NCBI GenBank assembly: GCA_045600145.1
Contig: JAZRXI010000077.1
Span: forward strand, 36,482-100,481
Direction of reading: 5' to 3'
DNA: 64,000 nucleotides
From: Clostridia bacterium
GTDB lineage: Bacteria; Bacillota; Clostridia; Christensenellales; QALW01
Positions within the stretch are counted from its first letter, which is position 1; each line of letters starts with the position of its first letter. Of this stretch, positions 17,983 to 28,521 are shown piece after piece. The translations under genes and the position numbers were made by a program. The notes under the pieces are model-generated. The model was not told the DNA's origin. It worked only from the letters and a program-made list of their open reading frames with translations, and made no database searches.

Positions 17983-18681
17983 TTATTCTATGTAAACTAT
18001 TCTGCCGCAGTTTTCACATTCACAGTAACCGTTCTTTGCCGCATTGGAAACGGTGAATGACGGCATTTCCATATGACATCCGCCGCAACGGCTATCTGCG
18101 AGCGGCGCTGTCGGAACGATTTTGTTTTTCTTAAGCCGCTCGTATTTGGCAAGCATAGCTTTATCGACGCCCGTGGCAAGAGCATCACGTTCTTTTTTGA
18201 GTTTATCTATTTCCGGTTTCGCGTTCTCAAGCATTTTCTCGTATTCGGCTTTGTTCGAATTGAACTCATCCTTGGCTTTATTTGCCGCCGCGGCATACTC
18301 GGTAATTTTCTTTTCGTTGCCGCTTACCTCGGAATCTATTTTATTGAGCTTATCCTCGGCTTTTTTGAGTGCCGAAGTAAGCTTGTCGATATCAGCAACG
18401 AGCTTTTTGAGCGCGTCGATATCATCAGGCGCATCCTTAGTGCGGTCTGCTTCGGCAAGCGAAGCAAGCTTTTCGACCTCCGCCGATATCGTGCTTACCT
18501 CTTTTTCGGCATCGTCACGCCTTGCGATAAGCTTTTTGCGTTCCTCTACCGCAAGTTCATAGCGCTGTTTCATAAGCGTAGCGGTCTTTCTCTCCTTGCT
18601 CGACCTGAGCTGTTTTTCCGCCGCATCAACGGCAAGGTCTGCCTTTTGAAATTCAAGCAGCTTTGCGATCTGTTCTGTCAT
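17983..18681 (-). CDS. Coiled-coil protein with C-terminal C4 zinc ribbon (COG1579/DUF164 type)
   Basis: Long heptad-rich Lys/Glu sequence ending in CGGCHM..N..CENCGRI. Sits downstream of nif3, as in many Firmicutes. Confidence 0.7.
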   Translation of the reverse strand: MTEQIAKLLEFQKADLAVDAAEKQLRSSKERKTATLMKQRYELAVEERKKLIARRDDAEKEVSTISAEVEKLASLAEADRTKDAPDDIDALKKLVADIDKLTSALKKAEDKLNKIDSEVSGNEKKITEYAAAANKAKDEFNSNKAEYEKMLENAKPEIDKLKKERDALATGVDKAMLAKYERLKKNKIVPTAPLADSRCGGCHMEMPSFTVSNAAKNGYCECENCGRIVYIE

Positions 18682-18694
18682 ATATATACCTCCG

Positions 18695-19477
18695 TTAATT
18701 ATCGAATGGGTCGGTAATCACTTTAGTTTCGATTACATCACATTCTAACATATTTTTATTATTTTGTAAACTGCATGCGAGCGAGTGTATTATACAACGT
18801 TCCGTGTAATAGTGTCCGGCGATAACGAATGCCTTGTTCAGCCGTCTTGCTTCAAGCGCGGTATGATACTTCATTTCGCCCGTTAAAAACACGTCGGCAT
18901 CCGAATCGAAAATAAAATCCTCACCGGCGCCCGTCGAGAGCGCTACTGTTTTCACGGTTTTGTTAAGCCCGCCTGAAACGATATGCGTGGCTCCCGTTGC
19001 TTTTTTGACAAGCCCTATAAATTCTTCGCCCGTCATTTCTCTTTCAAGCTCGCCGCTTCTCGCACAGGCGATTTTTTCGCCATTTGCACCAAATTCACCC
19101 AAAAGCTTTACATTTTTGAGCCCGAGACATTCGCAAAGCGAATCGTTAACTCCGCCACGTGCGATATCAAGGCTCGTATGAGCGCAGTAGAGAGATATCC
19201 CGTTTTTATACAAAAGCTCAAGAGCACCGCCCTCAAGTGTATCGGCTGTAACTTTTTTTACGGCACGGAATATCAGCGGATGGTGGGATATCATCATATC
19301 ACAGCCGTTGTCCGCCGCTTCAGATATGACATCGTTCGTTACGTCGAGCGTAACGAGTATTTTGGTGACCTTGCGATTCGCGTCACCGCAAACAAGCCCG
19401 CAGTTATCCCATTCATAAGCGTATTCGGGCTTAGCGGTCTTTTCGATCTCATTTATCACATCGCGCACCGTCAACAT
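18695..19477 (-). CDS. Nif3-like dinuclear metal centre protein (YqfO family)
   Basis: N-terminal WDNCGL..; ISHHPLIF motif. Follows trmK and rpoD, as in B. subtilis (sigA-yqfN-yqfO). Confidence 0.85.
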   Translation of the reverse strand: MLTVRDVINEIEKTAKPEYAYEWDNCGLVCGDANRKVTKILVTLDVTNDVISEAADNGCDMMISHHPLIFRAVKKVTADTLEGGALELLYKNGISLYCAHTSLDIARGGVNDSLCECLGLKNVKLLGEFGANGEKIACARSGELEREMTGEEFIGLVKKATGATHIVSGGLNKTVKTVALSTGAGEDFIFDSDADVFLTGEMKYHTALEARRLNKAFVIAGHYYTERCIIHSLACSLQNNKNMLECDVIETKVITDPFDN

Positions 19478-20117
19478 TCGCTATCACCTCGTTTATCCTA
19501 TCGAGCTGTGCTTTAAGCTCGGAATATCGGCTTTCATCCGCCGTTCTTGCCCCCTCAGCGGCACGGGAAATTATTGTCGCTTTCTTTTTCAGATACGCAA
19601 TCGCGTCTTCATCCATGCACAGCTTGTCAAGCGGCGGCAACGAATAATCAAACGCCTGCTGTTTTTTGGGCAAAGCAAGTATTATTTCATAAAACCTTCT
19701 GTCCTCACGGGCGATCATGACCTTTTCGACCGAAAATCCTTTTTCAGTCAACGCCTCATACAGTATGTCGGAATCCTTCATCGGCTGAAGTACAAGCTTC
19801 GTCCGCGCATACGGATGATCAAGCATCGTGGCGATGACCTCACCGCCCATACCCGCGATCACCGCGGCATCGGTTTTTTCATCTAGCGCGTCAAAGCCGT
19901 CTCCGCACTTAAGCACGAGCGCGGCAAGACCAAGCTCCGCTTTAAGCTTTTCCGCCTTTTGAAGCGACTTTTGCGAAATATCCGTTGCGAACACTCTGTC
20001 AGCAAGTCCGTTTTGCAGTAAATACGCACTCAGCTTGCCGTGGTCACATCCGATATCGGCAACGGTCACGTTTTTACCCAAAGACGACGCTATCAGCATA
20101 AGTCTGCGGCTATTCAA
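19449..20117 (-). CDS. trmK: tRNA (adenine22-N1)-methyltransferase TrmK
   Basis: SAM motif [10 protein letters not shown]. Sits immediately downstream of rpoD. Confidence 0.8.
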   Translation of the reverse strand: MNSRRLMLIASSLGKNVTVADIGCDHGKLSAYLLQNGLADRVFATDISQKSLQKAEKLKAELGLAALVLKCGDGFDALDEKTDAAVIAGMGGEVIATMLDHPYARTKLVLQPMKDSDILYEALTEKGFSVEKVMIAREDRRFYEIILALPKKQQAFDYSLPPLDKLCMDEDAIAYLKKKATIISRAAEGARTADESRYSELKAQLDRINEVIANVDGARCDK

Positions 20118-21216
20118 GATAATCTCTCAGCTTTCTGCTGCGGCTTGGATGTCGAAGTTTTCTGAGCGCTTTTGCCTCTATCTGTCTTATACGCTCACGA
20201 GTAACATTGAACTCCTTACCGACCTCCTCAAGCGTGCGCTGACGTCCGTCGTCGATGCCGAAGCGCAGACGCAGTACTTTTTCCTCGCGCGGAGTGAGCG
20301 TACTGAGTACCTGCATGAGCTGTTCCTTGAGCAATGTGGCCGCCGCCGCGTCCGACGGAAGCGGAATGTCATTATCCGGGATGAAGTCGCCAAGGTGGCT
20401 GTCCTCCTCCTCGCCTATGGGCGTTTCAAGCGATACGGGATCCTGCGCTATTTTTATTATTTCGCGCACGCGCTCGACGGAGACCTCCATTTCCACGGCT
20501 ATCTCCTCGGGCGATGGGTCTCTGCCCAACTCCTGCAAAAGCTGACGCTTTACGCGCGAAAGCTTATGTATCGTCTCGACCATATGAACAGGTATCCTTA
20601 TCGTGCGGGCCTGATCGGCTATCGCGCGGGTGATCGCCTGTCTTATCCACCAAGTGGCATATGTCGAAAACTTATAGCCCTTTGTATAATCGAATTTTTC
20701 CACCGCCTTGATAAGTCCGAGGTTTCCCTCCTGAATGAGGTCAAGGAACAGCATGCCGCGTCCGACGTATCGTTTCGCTATGCTGACAACAAGACGCAGA
20801 TTGGCTTCGGCAAGCTTTTCCCTTGCTTTTTCGTCGCCTGCCTCGACGCGTTGAGCGATTTCTATTTCCTCATCCGCCGAAAGCAGGGGCACTTTACCCA
20901 TTTCCTTAAGATACATCCTTACCGGGTCGTCGATGCTGACACTGTCGTTCAGCACTATCATGTGACTGTCGTTTTCGTCTATTTCCTCCATGATATTCTC
21001 AATATCAGGGTCAACATCGCTCTGTATCTTTATTCCAAACCCTTCGAACATATCAAATATCTGCTCGATGTGCTCCTCGTTGTACGGTATACCGTCAAGC
21101 ATATCCATGACTTCCGTATACGTCAGCGAGCTTTTAATAGTGCCGTCCTGTACTTTTTTCTTGATTTCGCACATCTTTTCGATGAGCTGATCGTTCAATT
21201 GAGTATTTTCGCTCAT
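20110..21216 (-). CDS. rpoD: RNA polymerase primary sigma factor RpoD/SigA
   Basis: Regions 1.2-4.2 are recognisable ([61 protein letters not shown]). Preceded by dnaG. Confidence 0.96.
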   Translation of the reverse strand: MSENTQLNDQLIEKMCEIKKKVQDGTIKSSLTYTEVMDMLDGIPYNEEHIEQIFDMFEGFGIKIQSDVDPDIENIMEEIDENDSHMIVLNDSVSIDDPVRMYLKEMGKVPLLSADEEIEIAQRVEAGDEKAREKLAEANLRLVVSIAKRYVGRGMLFLDLIQEGNLGLIKAVEKFDYTKGYKFSTYATWWIRQAITRAIADQARTIRIPVHMVETIHKLSRVKRQLLQELGRDPSPEEIAVEMEVSVERVREIIKIAQDPVSLETPIGEEEDSHLGDFIPDNDIPLPSDAAAATLLKEQLMQVLSTLTPREEKVLRLRFGIDDGRQRTLEEVGKEFNVTRERIRQIEAKALRKLRHPSRSRKLRDYLE

Positions 21217-21225
21217 ATGATCCTC

Positions 21226-22980
21226 CTAAAACTCACTTTTCAGCTGTTTTATTTCTTTATCCAACATCGCTATTTCCGATGCAAAGCCTATCTTTTCTTC
21301 CGCGGTAAAGTTTTCCTCAAGCTTACTCTTAAGTCCGTCGCGTTTACGAACCAAAAATTCGATATTCATTTTAAGGCAACAATCCTTCAAGTATGACTGT
21401 GGGTCACCGAACACCGTCGCCTCTATCCCGACAGCGGAAAGTGCCGTCTGACATTCCTCATCGCTTCCGAAATCGCGCATAAGCGTCTGAATATCCGTCT
21501 TTTTACCTTTTTCACACAGATACTTGAATATTCTGAGATGCGCGGGACTTACAAATAGCTCGTCCTTAAGGTGCGTCTTGGCGAAGTCCGCAAGATGCGG
21601 ATGCTCTATAAGTACCGCGACGAGCGCCCGCTCGGTGATAGATTCGAATTTATTCGCTATCCCGTATGATATCCGCGTATCGTTTCGTGTATCCTCTGGT
21701 TTTTGTTCGATATTACTGTAAAGTGCCTCCATCGAAAAGCCGCTGTCCGAATTTATCTTTTTAAGATACATTTCGGTCTCGATGCTGTCAAACGCATATT
21801 TTGAAACTATCGCCGTGGCTTTTTGTGCATATTCCGCGCGTCCGGCATCGGTAGTCATATCGCACTCTTTTTTTATTTCATCCGTGAGATACTCGATGCT
21901 TGTCCGCGCCTTTTTCATCATATCGACAAAGCTCTCCGCGCCGTATGCCTTTATGTATTCATCGGGGTCGACACCGATCGGGAGTTCTATTATCCTCGGC
22001 TTGAGCGATTCCGCCTTCATGAGGTCTATGACCTTATGCGTGGCGCTGATGCCCGCCTTGTCGCCGTCATAGCAAATATATATTTCCTGTGCGTAGCGTT
22101 TAAGCAGACGTACCTGCTCGGGCGTTACCGCCGTTCCGAGCGACGCCACGCCGTAATCGAAGCCCGCCATATTGAGCGCTATCACGTCCATATATCCCTC
22201 GCCGATTATTGCTCTGCCCTTGTTGTTCTTCTTGAGGATATTCAGCGCATAAAGGTTTTTGCGCTTGTTGAATACGGGAGTATCGCCGGTATTGAGATAT
22301 TTCGGGAGTGACTTATCCAGCACCCTGCCGCCGAAGCCGAGTATATCGCCCGACGGCGAAATTATCGGAAACATCACTCTTGTGCGGAAATTATCGCGTA
22401 TGCCGTATTCATTTTGTCGGGCAAGTCCCGCAAGCACTATCAGTTCATCTTCGAAGCCCTTTTCGCGCAGATATTTGACAAGCGTATCACGCGAATCGGG
22501 AGCGTAGCCGAGCCCGAAGCGCTTTATTATCTGCTCTGTCAGTCCCCGTGAAGTGAAATAGTTCATTCCTTCAGCGCCCGCTTCGCTGAAAAGCGTATTG
22601 AAATAGAACCGTGCCGCCTCTTTGTTGGCTTCAAGTATTTTTTGCTTTTTCTCCGCCGAAAACGAAGGTGTGAAGCCGCCCTGTACCTCGGGAAGCTGCA
22701 TATTTGCCTTTTTTGCAAGCTCAACTATGACATCGTAATACGAAAGATTTTCCTTTTTCTCCAAAAAGCCTACAACATTTCCGCCGACATGGCATCCGAA
22801 GCAATAATAAAGCTGTTTATCGCTATCGACCGTAAATGACGCGGTCTTTTCATTATGAAACGGACAAAGCCCTAGGTATTTGCTTCCCGAGCGCTTGAGT
22901 GAAACGTATTCGGAAATGACCTCTACGATATCGGTTTTATCTATTACCGCTTCAATAAAATTTTCGGGAAGCCTTGGCAT
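21226..22980 (-). CDS. dnaG: DNA primase DnaG
   Basis: Zinc finger CPFHNEKTASF..CFGC, and a TOPRIM region (EGYMDVI, DGDKAG). Start set at MPRLPENF (22980), after the upstream stop at 22994. Confidence 0.95.
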   Translation of the reverse strand: MPRLPENFIEAVIDKTDIVEVISEYVSLKRSGSKYLGLCPFHNEKTASFTVDSDKQLYYCFGCHVGGNVVGFLEKKENLSYYDVIVELAKKANMQLPEVQGGFTPSFSAEKKQKILEANKEAARFYFNTLFSEAGAEGMNYFTSRGLTEQIIKRFGLGYAPDSRDTLVKYLREKGFEDELIVLAGLARQNEYGIRDNFRTRVMFPIISPSGDILGFGGRVLDKSLPKYLNTGDTPVFNKRKNLYALNILKKNNKGRAIIGEGYMDVIALNMAGFDYGVASLGTAVTPEQVRLLKRYAQEIYICYDGDKAGISATHKVIDLMKAESLKPRIIELPIGVDPDEYIKAYGAESFVDMMKKARTSIEYLTDEIKKECDMTTDAGRAEYAQKATAIVSKYAFDSIETEMYLKKINSDSGFSMEALYSNIEQKPEDTRNDTRISYGIANKFESITERALVAVLIEHPHLADFAKTHLKDELFVSPAHLRIFKYLCEKGKKTDIQTLMRDFGSDEECQTALSAVGIEATVFGDPQSYLKDCCLKMNIEFLVRKRDGLKSKLEENFTAEEKIGFASEIAMLDKEIKQLKSEF

Positions 22981-22993
22981 AATTTGATTCCTT

Positions 22994-24049
22994 TCAGTTT
23001 TTTTGCCATGATCGCGGCACGAACAGCTTTTCGTATTCCTTGAGTGCGTAGCCATCACTCATGCCGGCTATATAGTCACATACCGCCTGCTCTTTTCCGT
23101 AAATTCCGATCGCGTGTCTTACGTTTTCAGGGAGCGATGCTTCATCGTTCATGTAAGCCGTAAACAAATTGCGCACAACGCCTTCGGCTTTTATTTCTTC
23201 GCTTTTGGCAGTACTTTTTTTGCTGTAGATATTTGCGAACATATAGTCTCTCAGCTCGCGCATCACGCTTTCCACCTCATCCGACATCAGGATATCCGGC
23301 TTGCCGAAGCTGTTTTTGATTATGTCCGTGACAAGCGTGTTTATCCGCGCGGAATGCTTTGTGCCGAGCACCATATTCGCCCGAAACGGCAGATCCGCAT
23401 CGGTGATTATCCCGGCGCGGCAAGCGTCGTCGATATCGTGATTTATGTACGCTATCCTGTCGGCATACGATACCACTCTGCCCTCAAGTGTTGCCGCCTT
23501 TGAATGACTCGTGTGGTTTTCTATCCCGTCGCGTACCTCCCATGTGAGGTTGAGTCCTTCGCCGCCCTCAAGCTTTTCGACAACACGGCGGCTCTGCACA
23601 TTATGCTCAAAACCGTTAGAACAAATTTCATTCAGCACTCTTTCGCCCGCATGACCAAACGGCGTATGCCCGAGATCGTGTCCCATCGCTATCGCCTCGG
23701 TAAGGTCTTCGTTAAGTTTCAGCCCGCGCGCGATGCTCCGCGCTATCTGACTTACCTCAAGCGTATGGGTAAGCCGCGTGCGGTAATGATCGCCCTCGGG
23801 CGATAGGAACACCTGTGTTTTATGTTTGAGCCTGCGGAACGATTTGCAGTATACTATTCTGTCGCGGTCGCGCTGATACACCGTGCGAAGCTCGCACTCA
23901 TCCTCGGGGACTTCCCTGCCGCGGCTCTCACACGATTTTGCCGCATATGGCGAAAGATATATCCTTTCAAATTCCTCAGTATCAACTCTCATGCCGCACC
24001 TCAAAACATAAAAAAGTCTCTTGCTATTCTCTAATTCCGCAAAAGACAA
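22994..24049 (-). CDS. dgt: dGTP triphosphohydrolase-like HD-domain protein
   Basis: RTRLTHTLEVSQIAR..GHDLGHTPFGH HD motifs. Sits upstream of dnaG. The true start may be the internal MRVDTEEF. Confidence 0.85.
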   Translation of the reverse strand: MSFAELENSKRLFYVLRCGMRVDTEEFERIYLSPYAAKSCESRGREVPEDECELRTVYQRDRDRIVYCKSFRRLKHKTQVFLSPEGDHYRTRLTHTLEVSQIARSIARGLKLNEDLTEAIAMGHDLGHTPFGHAGERVLNEICSNGFEHNVQSRRVVEKLEGGEGLNLTWEVRDGIENHTSHSKAATLEGRVVSYADRIAYINHDIDDACRAGIITDADLPFRANMVLGTKHSARINTLVTDIIKNSFGKPDILMSDEVESVMRELRDYMFANIYSKKSTAKSEEIKAEGVVRNLFTAYMNDEASLPENVRHAIGIYGKEQAVCDYIAGMSDGYALKEYEKLFVPRSWQKN

Positions 24050-24144
24050 AAAAATCCTTTATTTTTATTTTCAGTTCAAAAATTCTTAAAGCACCGATCG
24101 AATATAACAGTTTATTTCAAGGCTCCTGCCGTAAAAACATACGG

Positions 24145-24420
24145 TCACTCTTCGCCGTCCTCATTTATTTCTTCGCTGTACGCATCCCATATTTCGTCAA
24201 GCAATACATCGTTTTCAACAGGAAGCAGGAGTGTATCGTCGCCATCTTCCTTATACTCCATGACTATTACCTGCGCTTCGTCATTGTCCTTTTCATCCAC
24301 GGGAACGAACATGCAGTATGTATGTCCGTCATACAAGATGCTGTCGATAAGCTCTGCATCAAAGCTTTCATCATTTTCATCCACAAGAGTAACTATCGCA
24401 TTTTCGGTATTTTCGCTCAC
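24145..24420 (-). CDS. DUF1292 family acidic protein
   Basis: 91 aa and very acidic. Follows ruvX, as in the yrzL-yrrK-yrzB arrangement. Confidence 0.75.
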   Translation of the reverse strand: MSENTENAIVTLVDENDESFDAELIDSILYDGHTYCMFVPVDEKDNDEAQVIVMEYKEDGDDTLLLPVENDVLLDEIWDAYSEEINEDGEE

Positions 24421-24460
24421 AAAAAACTACCTCCGTCATTCATATTTCGTAAAACTCTGC

Positions 24461-24871
24461 TTACGGTCGGCTATCCAGATAATCCTGCAAAATTATCACA
24501 GCCGCAAGCTTATCTATATTCTGCTTGCGTTTTTTACGTGAAAGGTCGGCTTCGAGCATAGCGTTTTCAGCCGCTACGGAAGTAAGCCTTTCGTCCATAT
24601 ATTCTACCCTGCACCCTTTTTCACGCAACGCGGAGCAAAGTATTTCATTTTTATCAGCTTGCACATTACTGCTTCCGTCCAAATGTTTCGGAAGCCCGGC
24701 AACGATGACATCGATATTATACTGTCGCACAAGCTCAAGTATATGTACGCAGTCCTTTTCAATATTGACGCGCATGTAGGTCTCGACACCGCTTGCCATT
24801 ATCCCGCTTGTGCTGACGGCGATCCCTATACGCCTGTCCCCTATATCAAGCCCGAGAAATTTCATCAGCAA
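24461..24871 (-). CDS. ruvX: Putative pre-16S rRNA nuclease / Holliday junction resolvase-like RuvX (YqgF)
   Basis: Starts ..[15 protein letters not shown]. 136 aa. Confidence 0.9.
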   Translation of the reverse strand: MLMKFLGLDIGDRRIGIAVSTSGIMASGVETYMRVNIEKDCVHILELVRQYNIDVIVAGLPKHLDGSSNVQADKNEILCSALREKGCRVEYMDERLTSVAAENAMLEADLSRKKRKQNIDKLAAVIILQDYLDSRP

Positions 24872-25125
24872 TTCTCGATATAGTTCTTTACAAGCTCTTC
24901 AAGCAATTCGTCGCGCTCAACTCTGCGAAGCAGATTGCGGGCATTATTATAGCCCGTTATATACGTCGGATCACCCGAAAGAATATATCCGACTATTTGG
25001 TTGACCGGGTCATATCCCTTTTCCTGCAATGCGGAATACACCTGAACGAGTATTTCCTTTATCTGTATATTTTCGTTCCGGCGATTGTACTTCATAGTGT
25101 TATCGAAATTAGCGGTATCTGACAT
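24865..25125 (-). CDS. ireB: IreB family regulatory phosphoprotein (UPF0297)
   Basis: 86 aa. ..[21 protein letters not shown].. is the family signature. Overlaps the ruvX start. Confidence 0.8.
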   Translation of the reverse strand: MSDTANFDNTMKYNRRNENIQIKEILVQVYSALQEKGYDPVNQIVGYILSGDPTYITGYNNARNLLRRVERDELLEELVKNYIENC

Positions 25126-25188
25126 AATAATGCCTCCGTGTATGAATTTACACTATTATTGTATCATATTCTGACATTTTTTACAAGC

Positions 25189-26220
25189 CTATATTTTAAC
25201 AAGTTTCGGAAAATTACGTTTTCTTTCAGTGAAAAATTTATAAAATTCCTTAAAAAGTATCCTTAAGATAATAAAAGCAGGTATCGCGAGCACCATTCCC
25301 AAAAAACTGCCGACGCTGTTCCCTGCCACAACGCACAACAGTACCGTAACGGGGTGCATCTTGACGCTTTCCGAAATCACGAACGGATGCACTATCAGAT
25401 TGTCTATCTGCTGTACCGCAAGAATCAGTATCAGTGCAAGCACGATTTTATTTCGAGTCGATGCCACAAGGATTATCGGAACGCTTCCGAGCAGTGGACC
25501 GACATACGGGATTATATTGAATATCCCCATTATTATGCCGAGTATCAGCCAATAGTCAAACCCGAAAACACCAAGCGTGCACGCCATCAGCGCACTTACT
25601 ATGACGGTTATGATGATTTGTCCCGAAACATAATCACGCAGTTGACGGTTGATATCACGGAAAAGATACATAACGGGCGTGCGTAGCTTGCCGGGCAGAA
25701 AAAAGAGACAGCGACTTCTTATTTTTTCTCTGTCCTTGAGCATATAAAACATCAGTACGGGCAGAAGGAGTGACGTTGCGAAAAACGATATTGCAGCGGA
25801 CGGTGAAAAACGTGTGAGCCAAGCGTCCAAAAAGCCGAAAACACTCGTTTTGACTTCAATTTTTTCTATGATCTCGCTGATGTACGGAATACCTCCCGCA
25901 TAGTTGTACACGAACGCACGAATACTTTCTATATAGTCGGGCAAGACGGCGGCAAAGGTCTTTATCTGCTGTGAAAACACCGGTATAACAAGTACGATAG
26001 CCGAAACATTTACCGCAAGCACGAGCAAAAATGCAAGGATTATCGCCGCTGTTTGCGGTATGCGCTTTTCAAGCGGCTTGACAATAGGCAAAAACAGATA
26101 CGCTTCAGCGGACGCGGCGAGCAGTAACCCCGCAATTTCAAGCACCGCGTTCCGTATAAGCAGTATTCCAGCGATCATGATAAGTGCGGCAAGCAAGAAT
26201 AAAATGACTCTTTTTTTCAT
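25189..26220 (-). CDS. AI-2E family transporter (PerM-like permease)
   Basis: 343 aa with about 8 TM segments. Conserved ..IPYVGP.. and ..HP(V/L)..L.. motifs. Confidence 0.78.
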   Translation of the reverse strand: MKKRVILFLLAALIMIAGILLIRNAVLEIAGLLLAASAEAYLFLPIVKPLEKRIPQTAAIILAFLLVLAVNVSAIVLVIPVFSQQIKTFAAVLPDYIESIRAFVYNYAGGIPYISEIIEKIEVKTSVFGFLDAWLTRFSPSAAISFFATSLLLPVLMFYMLKDREKIRSRCLFFLPGKLRTPVMYLFRDINRQLRDYVSGQIIITVIVSALMACTLGVFGFDYWLILGIIMGIFNIIPYVGPLLGSVPIILVASTRNKIVLALILILAVQQIDNLIVHPFVISESVKMHPVTVLLCVVAGNSVGSFLGMVLAIPAFIILRILFKEFYKFFTERKRNFPKLVKI

Positions 26221-26321
26221 ATTTGTTCCTTAAAAAATTATAAGCAGAGCGTCGTCTGCCGTTTATGTATCGCCCGAAGCAAGGCGAGCTCCGACGGATT
26301 CGCTATGCTGCGGCGATACGG

Positions 26322-26468
26322 TCACATATTGAGCATTTGCTTTGCGGTACGCTTGCCCATTCTGTAGAGCTTGCGTGCGCACTGATTGTTCATGACGAGA
26401 TACGCTCCCGCCACCATGCCTGCCGCCATTCCCGCGGCTACCATGACACCCGTTCCGAATGCTTTCAT
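26322..26468 (-). CDS. Small hypothetical membrane protein (48 aa)
   Basis: Hand translation MKAFGTGVMVAAGMAAGMVAGAYLVMNNQCARKLYRMGKRTAKQMLNM. ATG lies 7 nt after GGAGGTG. Below the ORF-track size cutoff. Confidence 0.4.
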   Translation of the reverse strand: MKAFGTGVMVAAGMAAGMVAGAYLVMNNQCARKLYRMGKRTAKQMLNM

Positions 26469-26519
26469 TTCAACACCTCCGTTAAATTTTTTGCCGTGTT
26501 CAACACAGCTTGCATATAA

Positions 26520-26981
26520 TCAAATTCCGGATTTATCAATAATAATACCGTTTTCGGTCATTGCGATATCGTCCGCGCTGAGTATTTCCCTGCCGAAAAT
26601 AAGGTCATCAAGAAAACCGTGCTTAACGCTGACGCTTTCGATTTTCAGTGTCAACGGATCAAAATATATTTCGCCTACACTTCCTGATAAAAAGCTTTCG
26701 TTTCCGAAAACAGCAAAATCGCTCGCATATTCTTCACCGAAGCTTTTTTTATAACGTACCTTGCTCTTATCGACAACTATACCGTTGCGGTCTATGTGGA
26801 TTATTCCGTCGGCACGGACAAAAAATCTGCCTCGGATTATTCCGATGTTCGATATGCACGCTACCCCGCTTATTTTCTTTTGTTCGGTATCTATCATAAG
26901 ATCGGAAACTCTGCCGATTATCTTGCCCCCGGCATATACATCAGTTCCCACGAAGCTTGCCGCTGATTCCATTTTCTTCAC
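26520..26981 (-). CDS. PRC-barrel domain protein (YlmC/YmxH-like)
   Basis: 153 aa. Two segments with PRC-barrel-like patterns (GKIIGRVSDLMID.., GSVGEIYFDP..). The assignment is tentative. Confidence 0.45.
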   Translation of the reverse strand: MKKMESAASFVGTDVYAGGKIIGRVSDLMIDTEQKKISGVACISNIGIIRGRFFVRADGIIHIDRNGIVVDKSKVRYKKSFGEEYASDFAVFGNESFLSGSVGEIYFDPLTLKIESVSVKHGFLDDLIFGREILSADDIAMTENGIIIDKSGI

Positions 26982-27033
26982 CTTTTTTGTTTTTGTATGC
27001 TTATTATGTCCCTTTTTTCGTTTTTTATTGCAT

Positions 27034-27063
27034 GAAAAAACCGTCGGATAAATTTTCCGACGG
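27034..27063 (-). terminator. Intrinsic terminator after the GH39-like gene
   Basis: Hairpin CCGTCGGA/TCCGACGG (27041-27063). On the minus strand it is followed by T7 (27034-27040). Confidence 0.65.
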
Positions 27064-27079
27064 TTGATTTTTGAACGGC

Positions 27080-28414
27080 TTACATTTCTGACGGAGCAAG
27101 CTTTATGTATATTTGGTCATATTTTTTTACGTTGAAATACAGCACCGCACGAGCCGTTGAAATATACTCGGTGCGGACAGGTTCAATAAAACAGGTCTCG
27201 TCACTTAAATATATATCTGCCCTCATGGGCTTATCAAGCCCGGAAATATCAAGGCTTACTCTGCGCTCATCCAAATCATCGCTGTCGTTGTAATACGTAA
27301 GCGCGATAGCCTTGTTGTCGCCGTCCTGTGCGGCGCAAGCGAAGATATCTTTTTCATCGGTCTCCGAAACGGCTTGATTTTTAAGCCTGTACATATCGCC
27401 GAATATTTTGAACGCATAAAACGGCGGATAATATTCCATGCTTCTGTTGTCGATAAGTCCGTTCCACAGCGTCGGACGGGCGTCATAATACATGAAATGG
27501 TCAAGCTTCGTGCGCGTCTGCATATCAAGCATGCACGCAAGGCAGAACGATGCCGCCTTATAGGTTATGAGTGTTTTGTAGCTGTATCTTATCGCCGTTA
27601 CCCAATCGCGCACATAGTTCCATTCGTTAAGAATAAGCTCGCCGCGCGGCATACCGTAATTTTTGAGCATCTCCTCAAACTTAAGCACGCCGTCCGTAAA
27701 GCAATGCGGCTCGGGGAAATATCCGTGGAAGGAATAAAAATCCAAATACGCATCATACTCTTTAAGATACGGCAAAAGCTCATCCCACATCGCGTCACAC
27801 GGTCCGCACATAGCAGGACCGCCGATCTTAAGAAGCGGGAAGCACTTTTTAAGATGCTTGAACGCTACGGTGAAAAACTCGTAAAACTCTTCATCCGTTC
27901 CCTGCCAGCACGGGTTTGAACCGTTTGCATTACGGCAATCCGGCTCGTTCCATATCTCCCAATACTCGATGCCGTACTCAAAGCCGTCCGCCCATTTCTC
28001 GTTATAGTGGCGTATGATATGCTCACATATCTTCGCCCATTTGAGATAATCCTTCGGCGGATAAGTGCCGTACTTCTTTATTTCATGCTCGATAGACGCG
28101 CCGAGACGGTAGAACACCTTTGTGCCGCACGCAATAATTTCACCGATATACTTATCCGTGAGCGTGAAATCGTAGTTTTCGGCAACGTTTTCGTCCTTAT
28201 CAAAATCCGGGAATATCCTATGCACATCGACCGTATGCGCTCCGCCGTAGCCCGCATAGAACGATGAATCGTGTGTACGCGCGAACGGTACACCGATATC
28301 GCTGAACATTTTTTCGTTACCGCCGCCGCGAGCCTCGAACGGTCCGTTGTTGACGCTGTGCATATCACGCATCGCGCCTGCGTTTTTACTGAAATCGACC
28401 TTTATATTGCTCAT
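27080..28414 (-). CDS. Clan GH-A (TIM barrel) glycoside hydrolase, GH39-like
   Basis: YWEIWNEPD acid/base motif. No signal peptide. Start set at MSNIKV, 8 nt after GGAGG. Confidence 0.55.
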   Translation of the reverse strand: MSNIKVDFSKNAGAMRDMHSVNNGPFEARGGGNEKMFSDIGVPFARTHDSSFYAGYGGAHTVDVHRIFPDFDKDENVAENYDFTLTDKYIGEIIACGTKVFYRLGASIEHEIKKYGTYPPKDYLKWAKICEHIIRHYNEKWADGFEYGIEYWEIWNEPDCRNANGSNPCWQGTDEEFYEFFTVAFKHLKKCFPLLKIGGPAMCGPCDAMWDELLPYLKEYDAYLDFYSFHGYFPEPHCFTDGVLKFEEMLKNYGMPRGELILNEWNYVRDWVTAIRYSYKTLITYKAASFCLACMLDMQTRTKLDHFMYYDARPTLWNGLIDNRSMEYYPPFYAFKIFGDMYRLKNQAVSETDEKDIFACAAQDGDNKAIALTYYNDSDDLDERRVSLDISGLDKPMRADIYLSDETCFIEPVRTEYISTARAVLYFNVKKYDQIYIKLAPSEM

Positions 28415-28472
28415 TTTGCACACCTCCGTGCTTTTTTATGTGATTATACCATTTCGCACCGCGCAGTGCAAG

Positions 28473-28511
28473 CAAAAAGCTATCGGAAAATTTCCGAAAT
28501 CTTCCGATAGC
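28473..28511 (-). terminator. Intrinsic terminator after the DUF5060/DUF4038 hydrolase gene
   Basis: Hairpin GCTATCGGAA/TTCCGATAGC (28479-28511). On the minus strand it is followed by TTTTT. Confidence 0.6.
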
Positions 28512-28521
28512 CTCAAAAAAA

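Noticed and set aside
20035-21396. 453-aa plus-strand ORF
   Set aside because: It lies entirely antisense to rpoD, trmK and the dnaG 3' end. Its composition is low-complexity, rich in Phe, Leu, Arg and Tyr. It has no SD and no recognisable motif, so it is a shadow ORF of well-supported genes.
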